Shown: one piece after another, positions 57,669 to 64,000 of the stretch
Layout: the number at the start of each line of letters is the position of its first letter
How positions within the stretch are numbered: position 1 is the stretch's first letter
Assembly (NCBI GenBank): GCA_036495845.1
Contig: DASXMF010000061.1
Location: forward strand, 12,299-76,298
Source of the DNA: Rhizomicrobium sp.
GTDB taxonomy: Bacteria; Pseudomonadota; Alphaproteobacteria; Micropepsales; Micropepsaceae
DNA length: 64,000 nt
Reading direction: 5' to 3'
Position numbers and translations under genes: made by a program
Notes under the pieces: generated by a model
Databases searched by the model: none
The model's input: the letters and a program-made list of their open reading frames with translations, nothing else
What the model was told of the DNA's origin: nothing

Positions 57669-59273
57669 ATGAAACGCGCCGTTTTTGCTCTCTCGATTTC
57701 GCTCGGCCTGTCGTTGCCCGCTTTTGCCCAGAGCGACAAAAGCGCTGAAAAGCCCACGCCCGCTCCGAATCCCGCATTTTTCAAGGTCGAGGAAAAGGTG
57801 ACGCAGGGCTCGGTCACCGTCGAGGGCGACCGCATCGACTATTCCGCGCATGCGGGCACGCTGATCGTCCATCCCAGGGACTGGGACGACGCGACCGTAC
57901 CCGACGGCAAGCCGGGAGAGGCGGGCAAGGACCAGCCGCAGGCCTCGATGTTCTTTGTCGCCTATTTCAAGCGCGACGCCGACCCCGAAAAGCGCCCGAT
58001 CACCTTTCTTTATAATGGAGGTCCCGGATCTTCGACGGTCTGGCTGCATATGGGCGCGTTCGGGCCCAAACGGGTGGTGACGGCCGAAGATTCCCACTCG
58101 CCGGCAGCGCCCTACCAGGTCGTCAACAATGACGGCAGCCTGCTCGATGCGAGCGATCTCGTCTTCGTGGATGCGCCGGGCACCGGCTTCAGCCGGATCG
58201 CGGGCAAGGACAAGGAGAAAGCCTTTTACGGCATCGATCCCGACGCTTACGCCTTCGGCGATTTCATCAACCAGTTCCTCGCCAAATATGGCCGCTGGAA
58301 TTCGCCGAAATATCTCTTCGGCGAGAGCTACGGCACGCCGCGCTCGGCGGTGCTGGTCAATTTGCTGGAGACGGAACGGAACATCGATTTCAACGGCGTG
58401 ATTCTGCTTTCGCAGATCCTGAATTTCTCGCTGAGCCCCGACCGGCCCGAATACGAGCCCGGTATCGACCTGCCTTACCAGATTGCGCTGCCCACCTACG
58501 CGGCGACGGCGTGGTATCATCACAAGCTGCCGCCCAATGCTCCGAAGGATCTGCCGGCGCTCATCAGGCAGGTCGAGGGCTTCACGATGGGCGAATATGC
58601 GCTCGCGCTACAGCGCGGGGCCAGCATCGGCCCGTCCTGGCGCAAGGACGTCGTCAACAAGCTCCATTACTTCACGGGCCTGCCGACGTACTACATCTCG
58701 AAGGCCAATCTGCGCATCGACGGCGGAGAGTTCGAGAAGAGCCTCGAGGACACCACCGATACGACGATCGGCAGGCTGGACACGCGCTTCAGTGGGCCCA
58801 CGATGGATCCGCTGAGCGAGGCGGCGGATTACGATCCGCAAGCGGCAGCGATCAGTTCCGCCTACGTGTCCGCCTTCAACGACTATGTGCGCAAGGTGCT
58901 CAATTACGGACAGGACAAGGAGTACAAGCCGGAAATCCCGCTCTTCCGGTCATGGGATTTCTCGCACAAGCCGCCGGGCGGGCAGCGCCCGGTCAGGGGC
59001 GACGCCAACGTCATGCCGGATCTCGCCACGGCGATGAAGTACAATCCCAATCTCAAGATTCTGGTCAATGGCGGCTATTTCGATCTGGCGACGCCCTATT
59101 ACGAGGGCTGGTACGAAATGCATCACCTGCAGATTCCGCCCAAGCTGCAGTCGAACATCTCCTATCGCTATTACGATTCCGGCCACATGGTCTATGCGCA
59201 TGGACCTTCGGTGAAGGAGCTGCACGACAATGTGGCGGACTTCATTCGTCAGACCGACAATGTGCAGAAATAG
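57669..59273 (+). CDS. S10 serine carboxypeptidase, secreted
   Basis: FLYNGGPGSS; DAPGTGFS; GESYG; GYFDLATP; SGHMVY. Confidence 0.93.
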   Translation: MKRAVFALSISLGLSLPAFAQSDKSAEKPTPAPNPAFFKVEEKVTQGSVTVEGDRIDYSAHAGTLIVHPRDWDDATVPDGKPGEAGKDQPQASMFFVAYFKRDADPEKRPITFLYNGGPGSSTVWLHMGAFGPKRVVTAEDSHSPAAPYQVVNNDGSLLDASDLVFVDAPGTGFSRIAGKDKEKAFYGIDPDAYAFGDFINQFLAKYGRWNSPKYLFGESYGTPRSAVLVNLLETERNIDFNGVILLSQILNFSLSPDRPEYEPGIDLPYQIALPTYAATAWYHHKLPPNAPKDLPALIRQVEGFTMGEYALALQRGASIGPSWRKDVVNKLHYFTGLPTYYISKANLRIDGGEFEKSLEDTTDTTIGRLDTRFSGPTMDPLSEAADYDPQAAAISSAYVSAFNDYVRKVLNYGQDKEYKPEIPLFRSWDFSHKPPGGQRPVRGDANVMPDLATAMKYNPNLKILVNGGYFDLATPYYEGWYEMHHLQIPPKLQSNISYRYYDSGHMVYAHGPSVKELHDNVADFIRQTDNVQK

Positions 59274-59505
59274 GGCGTTCAGGGCGCGAGGCGGAATCAG
59301 GGCGGCGCGATGAACGGCAGATGAACGGCGCGGCCATAGGCCGTTCAGGAGGCCGCGCTCATTCTGGCCTCTCTGGTCCGGTTTGCTGCAAGCCCCTCCC
59401 TGCAGGCCGGGCCGCGAATAGCGGGAGCCCGTACCGTGAGTTCGGTGCGGGCTTCCGTTTATATCGCGGCACTTCCCGTCAGCGGAATTTGAATTTAACC
59501 CCTCA

Positions 59506-59640
59506 TTGTCATGGCCCGCGGAGAGCGGGCCATCCAGGTGAGACCCGTAGAGACCGGCGAATTCGCGCGCAGGTTCTTGCTCCATTTCAAGCGCGACGTC
59601 ACTTCCAACTGGATGGCCCGCTCTCCGCGGACCATGACAA
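59506..59640. repeat. GTCATGG-type REPIN-like element
   Basis: ttgtcatggcccgcggagagcgggccatccag...ctggatggcccgctctccgcggaccatgacaa; same family as 4098-4205. Confidence 0.8.
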
Positions 59641-59750
59641 AATTGGGAGAATACGCGTCAGCACTTTGGGCCTCCACGGTCATTCCATTTGTGCCTTTCT
59701 CGCGCGTGCACAAATGAGTCACAGTGCACTTGAAAAGGGAGATCCCCACC

Positions 59751-60680
59751 ATGCCGGGCAGCCAGGATTACCCCGCCGATCGCCGCAACGAATCCGTGCT
59801 GGTCTGGCTCAACGGACAGCTCGTTCCGCGCAACGAGGCCAGGGTGTCGCTGTTCGATGCGGGCTTCGTCCTCGGCGACGGAGTTTGGGAGGGACTGCGT
59901 CTGCACAAAGGCGGCCTTCTTTTTGCCGATGCCCATCTCGATCGCCTGTTTGCGGGCGCGCGCGCCATTGCGCTCGACATCGGTCTGACGCGCGAGGAGA
60001 TTCTTTCCGCGCTGCGGGCCATGCTCGCCGCCAATGGCATGCAGCACGGTGTGCACATCCGGCTCATGGTGACGCGCGGCGAAAAGAAAACCCCCAACCA
60101 GGATCCGCGCAACGCGCTGGGGCGCCCCACGATCGCGATCGTCGCCGAATACAAGGAACCGAGCGCCGCGGCCCGCGCGCGCGGCCTCAGCCTGTTCACG
60201 TCCTCGATCCGCTGCACACCCGCCGAAATGTTCGACATGCGGATCAATTCGCACAGCCGGCTCGCTCTCATCATCGCCTTGAACGAGGCCATCAAGGCCG
60301 GCGCCGACGAAGCGTTGATGCTCGATCCCAATGGCTTCGTTTCCAGCTGCAACGCCACGAATTTCTTCTTCGCAAGACGCGGCGAAGTCTGCACCTCGAC
60401 AGGCAGGTACTGCTTCAACGGCATTACCCGCGAGAATGTGATCGCATTGTGCGAGCGCCACGCCATCCCAATTCGTATCGGCGATTTCACCATCGACGAT
60501 GTGCACACGGCCGACGAAGCGTTCGTGACCGGAACGTTTGGCGGCGTGATGGCCGTCAGTGCCATCGACGGAAGGGCGCTTCCCGTAGCCCCGCCGGACG
60601 GACCGACGAGCCGGCTGGAGACGCTTTACGAGAGTCTGAAAGACGAAGAGGCCGCGACGGTGCGCGTCGACACGCCGTGA
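59751..60680 (+). CDS. class IV aminotransferase (BCAT-like)
   Basis: VSLFDAGFVLGDGVWEGLR; HLDRLF; GADEALMLD; GITRENVI; ADEAFVTGT. Confidence 0.9.
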   Translation: MPGSQDYPADRRNESVLVWLNGQLVPRNEARVSLFDAGFVLGDGVWEGLRLHKGGLLFADAHLDRLFAGARAIALDIGLTREEILSALRAMLAANGMQHGVHIRLMVTRGEKKTPNQDPRNALGRPTIAIVAEYKEPSAAARARGLSLFTSSIRCTPAEMFDMRINSHSRLALIIALNEAIKAGADEALMLDPNGFVSSCNATNFFFARRGEVCTSTGRYCFNGITRENVIALCERHAIPIRIGDFTIDDVHTADEAFVTGTFGGVMAVSAIDGRALPVAPPDGPTSRLETLYESLKDEEAATVRVDTP

Positions 60681-61447
60681 GCGGGCAACCGGTTCACATC
60701 GCCATGTGGTCGGGTCCGCGCAACATCTCGACGGCGATGATGCGCGCTTTCGAAAATCGCGACGACGCCGCGGTGATCGACGAGCCCTTCTATGCCGCCT
60801 ACCTGGAGCTGACGGGAACCGATCATCCCCTGCGCGAGCTTGTTCTCGAGCGGCACGAAAGCGATTGGCGAAAGATCATCGGCATTCTTCTCGGGCCCGT
60901 GCCCGGCGGCCGGAGCATCTTCTATCAGAAGCACATGACGCACCACATGGTGCCGCCGATCCCTCGCGACTGGATGAAATCGTGCCGCAATGCCTTTCTC
61001 ATCCGGGCGCCGGAAGCCGTGCTTGCCTCCTACAGCGCAAAGCGAGCCGAGTTTCTCGCAGAAGATCTGGGCTACGAAACGCAGCGAGAGATGTTTGAGA
61101 GGGAGGCGGAGCGAATCGGAGCCGCGCCGCCCGTTATCGATGCGGAGGACGTGCTTCGCGATCCGCGCGGAATTCTCACGGCGCTGTGTGCATCCCTGCG
61201 CATCCCGTTTTCCGGACGCATGCTTGAATGGCCGGCCGGTCCGCGGCCGACCGATGGAGTCTGGGCGCCTGCCTGGTACGATTCCGTCGAGAAATCCACC
61301 GGCTTTGCATCTCCGTCCGCTTCTTCTTCCGTACGCCTGCCGGAACATCTCAAATCCCTCGCCGAAGCCTGCCGGCCGCACTACGAGCGTCTCGCCGGCT
61401 TCAAGCTTCGCGCTGCCGATTATGTCGGGCGGAAGATTAATCGGTGA
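60677..61447 (+). CDS. sulfotransferase-like P-loop protein
   Basis: IAMWSGPRNISTAMMRAF..R.D..V.DEPFYA; YQKHMTHH; DGVWAPAWYDSV..STGF; GTGA overlaps at both ends. Confidence 0.85.
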   Translation: MSGQPVHIAMWSGPRNISTAMMRAFENRDDAAVIDEPFYAAYLELTGTDHPLRELVLERHESDWRKIIGILLGPVPGGRSIFYQKHMTHHMVPPIPRDWMKSCRNAFLIRAPEAVLASYSAKRAEFLAEDLGYETQREMFEREAERIGAAPPVIDAEDVLRDPRGILTALCASLRIPFSGRMLEWPAGPRPTDGVWAPAWYDSVEKSTGFASPSASSSVRLPEHLKSLAEACRPHYERLAGFKLRAADYVGRKINR

Positions 61448-62559
61448 CCTCGTCAAAGGAGTTGTCAGTGATCTCCAAGCTCCGCCAGGCGCTCTGCCTG
61501 CTGACTCTGGCCTGTCTGTGGTCGCCCGCGCAGGCGCAGCAGACCGGAAAATTCGAAACCCGTGAAGGCGACTTCACGATTCGGGATTTCCATTTTCGGT
61601 CGGGCGAGACGATTCCTTCGCTCCGCCTGCATTACACCACCCTCGGCCGTCCCGTTCGCGACGCCGCCGGCCGCGTCACCAACGCGGTGCTGATCCTGCA
61701 CGGCACCAGTGGAGACGGACATCAGTTTCTGAGGCCGCAATTCGCGGACGTGCTGTTCGCGCCGGGCGGGCTGTTCGATCCGCAGCACATTTTCGTCATT
61801 CTTCCCGACGGGATCGGACACGGGAAATCTTCGAAACCCAGCGACGGCCTGCATGCGCGATTTCCGCATTACGACTATGCCGACATGGTCTCTGCCGAGC
61901 ACGCGCTGGTGACGGACGGCCTTCGCGTCAATCATCTCAGGCTCGTCATGGGCACGTCGATGGGCTGCATGCACAGTTTCATGTGGGGCGAGAACTATCC
62001 GGCATTCATGGACGCTCTGATGCCTCTCGCCTGTCTTCCCGTGCCGATCGCGGGCCGCAATCGTCTGTGGCGGGCAATGATCATCGATGCGATCCGCAAC
62101 GATCCGTCCTGGGCGCAGGGCGAATACAAGTCGGAGCCGCGGGAAGCGTTGCGCACGACGATCGATCTCTTCATCATTGCCGGCAGCGCGCCCCTGCTGA
62201 TGCAGAAAACCCTGCCGACGCGCGAAGCGGCCGACAAATATCTTGATGAGGCGCAAACCAGAGAAGCATCGGCACTCGACGCCAACGACATTCTGTACGC
62301 TGTCGAGGCTTCGCGCGACTATGATCCGTCCGCTGCGCTCGGGCGCATCGAGGCTCCCGTGATGTGGGTCAATTCCGCCGACGATTTCATAAATCCGCCC
62401 GAGCTCGGAATTGCACAACAGGAGCAGCGAAAGCTGAAGCGCGGGCGCTTCGTTCTGATTCCCGCGAGCGGCGCGACCCATGGTCACGGCACGCACACCT
62501 GGGCTGCCGTCTGGAAACCCTATCTCGCGGAGCTGCTGAACGAATCAGCCCGCCGGTAA
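61444..62559 (+). CDS. MetX-like alpha/beta hydrolase with a signal peptide
   Basis: LHYTTLG; NAVLILHGTSG; GTSMGCMH; DANDILY; SADDFINPPEL; HGHGTH. Confidence 0.85.
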   Translation: MTSSKELSVISKLRQALCLLTLACLWSPAQAQQTGKFETREGDFTIRDFHFRSGETIPSLRLHYTTLGRPVRDAAGRVTNAVLILHGTSGDGHQFLRPQFADVLFAPGGLFDPQHIFVILPDGIGHGKSSKPSDGLHARFPHYDYADMVSAEHALVTDGLRVNHLRLVMGTSMGCMHSFMWGENYPAFMDALMPLACLPVPIAGRNRLWRAMIIDAIRNDPSWAQGEYKSEPREALRTTIDLFIIAGSAPLLMQKTLPTREAADKYLDEAQTREASALDANDILYAVEASRDYDPSAALGRIEAPVMWVNSADDFINPPELGIAQQEQRKLKRGRFVLIPASGATHGHGTHTWAAVWKPYLAELLNESARR

Positions 62560-62569
62560 CCGTGCGGTT

Positions 62570-63703
62570 CTACCCGAGCGCCTGCGCCAGATCGGCATAA
62601 AGATCGTCAACGTTCTCGATACCGACCGAAAGGCGCAGGAGATCACGCGGGCAGGGCGTGTCGGGCCCCTCGACCGAGGCGCGATGTTCGACAAGACTCT
62701 CGACGCCGCCGAGAGACGTCGCCCGTTTCCACACCCGAAGACGTGCGGCCGCAGCAATCGCCGCCTCTTCGCCGCCCGACACGCGAATCGAGAGCATGGC
62801 GCCGAAGCCGCCTTGCATCTGGCGCGCTGCAATTTCATGTCCGGCAAAATCGGGCAAACCGGGATAGAGCACGCGCGCAATGCGAGGATGCGCCGCAAGA
62901 CGGTTGGCGAGATCGAGCGCATTTGCGGCTGCCAGCCGGACGCGCGGAAACAAGGTGCGCATGCCGCGCGCAAGCAGGAAGGATTCGAAGGAACCGGGAA
63001 TTCCTCCGAGCTGCACGCGCAAAGTTTTCAGCTTCTGCCATGAGGCGTCGTCCATGCGGGTGACGAGCGCCCCCGCTACCACGTCGGAATGGCCATTGAG
63101 ATATTTGGTCGCCGAGTGCATGACCAGATCGGCGCCAAGATCGAGCGGCCGGGTGAATACCGGTGTCGCAACCGTCGAATCCACGGCAATGCGCGCGCCG
63201 GCACGACGCACCAGCTCCGAAACCGCTTTGATGTCGGTGACGTCCCAGAGCGGATTGGCGGGAGTCTCGACCCAGACGAGCTTCGTTCTGCCAGGCACGA
63301 TTGCGCGAGAAACGGCATCGATGTCCGACATCTCGACGAAATCGACTGCGAGGTGCGATTCGCTCTGCAGCCAATGGCGCAATGCCCAATACATCACCTT
63401 CGGCGCAACGACATGGTCGCCGGGCGTGAGCGCCTGGAACACGCATGTTGCCGCCGCCATCCCCGACGCGAACAGCATCGCGGCAGCGCCGTTCTCCAGT
63501 CTCGCAAGAACGGCTTCCGCCTGGTCGAACGCCGGATTGTCGGCGCGTATGTAATTTCGTCCGCTGCGATAGAGACCGTCTTCGTCGCGCTCGAACGTGG
63601 TGGAGACATGAAGCGGCGGCACGATGGCGCGCGTGTGAGGGTCGATCCAGCCGAGCGCCTGTGCGGCAATCGTTTCGGGGTGGTCGCCGGTCTTGTCGTT
63701 CAT
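62570..63703 (-). CDS. metB: cystathionine gamma-synthase-family PLP enzyme
   Basis: FASGMAA; WVETPANP; HSATKYLNGHSD; ATSLGGVESL; RLSVGIE; start uncertain. Confidence 0.8.
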   Translation of the reverse strand: MNDKTGDHPETIAAQALGWIDPHTRAIVPPLHVSTTFERDEDGLYRSGRNYIRADNPAFDQAEAVLARLENGAAAMLFASGMAAATCVFQALTPGDHVVAPKVMYWALRHWLQSESHLAVDFVEMSDIDAVSRAIVPGRTKLVWVETPANPLWDVTDIKAVSELVRRAGARIAVDSTVATPVFTRPLDLGADLVMHSATKYLNGHSDVVAGALVTRMDDASWQKLKTLRVQLGGIPGSFESFLLARGMRTLFPRVRLAAANALDLANRLAAHPRIARVLYPGLPDFAGHEIAARQMQGGFGAMLSIRVSGGEEAAIAAAARLRVWKRATSLGGVESLVEHRASVEGPDTPCPRDLLRLSVGIENVDDLYADLAQALG

Positions 63704-63818
63704 GGATCCGGGCATCGATTCGGGCATTGCGCCGCCGGCCCAGACTAGTGCGGTTCGCCGCTTCCGGTCCATGCCAAACGCGGGAATCGGCAATGCAAAT
63801 CGCGTCGTGGAAGAGCCG

Positions 63819-64000
63819 CTATGCGACCGTGTCGGCGGCTCTCTGGGCGTGTCCGCAAAAGCCTTCGGACTCCACGTCCTTCAGCCGCGCCGACATCCAG
63901 CCCGTTGCCTCGCGCATCACTTCGCCGCTGCGCGTCCAATGCAGGAGCAGGTGCGGCGCGTCTGGAACCACGAGCCAGTGTTTTTCGCCCGCGAGATTGT
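63819..64000 (-). CDS. C-terminus of a probable alpha/beta hydrolase (partial)
   Basis: Manual translation ...GEKHWLVVPDAPHLLLHW...TVA*; the frame is open to the window end. Confidence 0.5.
   Translation of the reverse strand, partial: NLAGEKHWLVVPDAPHLLLHWTRSGEVMREATGWMSARLKDVESEGFCGHAQRAADTVA

Noticed and set aside
58511-61447. 978-aa ORF in the ORF track
   Set aside because: It is an out-of-frame shadow across the S10 peptidase and aminotransferase genes; only 60677-61447 is a real gene.

Overview
GC-rich alphaproteobacterial chromosome segment (sciP, tandem bactofilins and a PleC/DivJ-type kinase suggest a Caulobacterales/Micropepsales-like lineage; this is inference). Core content: purH, tRNA-Leu(CAA), a phenylacetyl-CoA (paa) cluster linked to a fused-E1/E2 2-oxoacid dehydrogenase and a TetR regulator, an ada-alkA/ogt operon, dcp, rlmJ, many secreted hydrolases and peptidases, tRNA-Ser(CGA) and a metB-like gene. 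The most unusual items are: (1) a stand-alone lambda-like switch at 1.3-3.5 kb (cleavable CI-type repressor; three ACC-N5-GGT operators exactly 21 bp apart; a LexA-DBD-only protein; a DUF6456/GafZ-like gene) next to sciP, with no integrase or virion genes in the window; (2) an accessory zone at about 47-57.6 kb with orphan immunity-type genes, two vapBC pairs, a solo hicB and two transposase-less mini-IS elements bounded by terminal inverted repeats, one carrying an Imm74-like immunity gene; (3) several families of nested palindromic intergenic repeats. Family assignments come from recalled motif resemblance, not from database searches.
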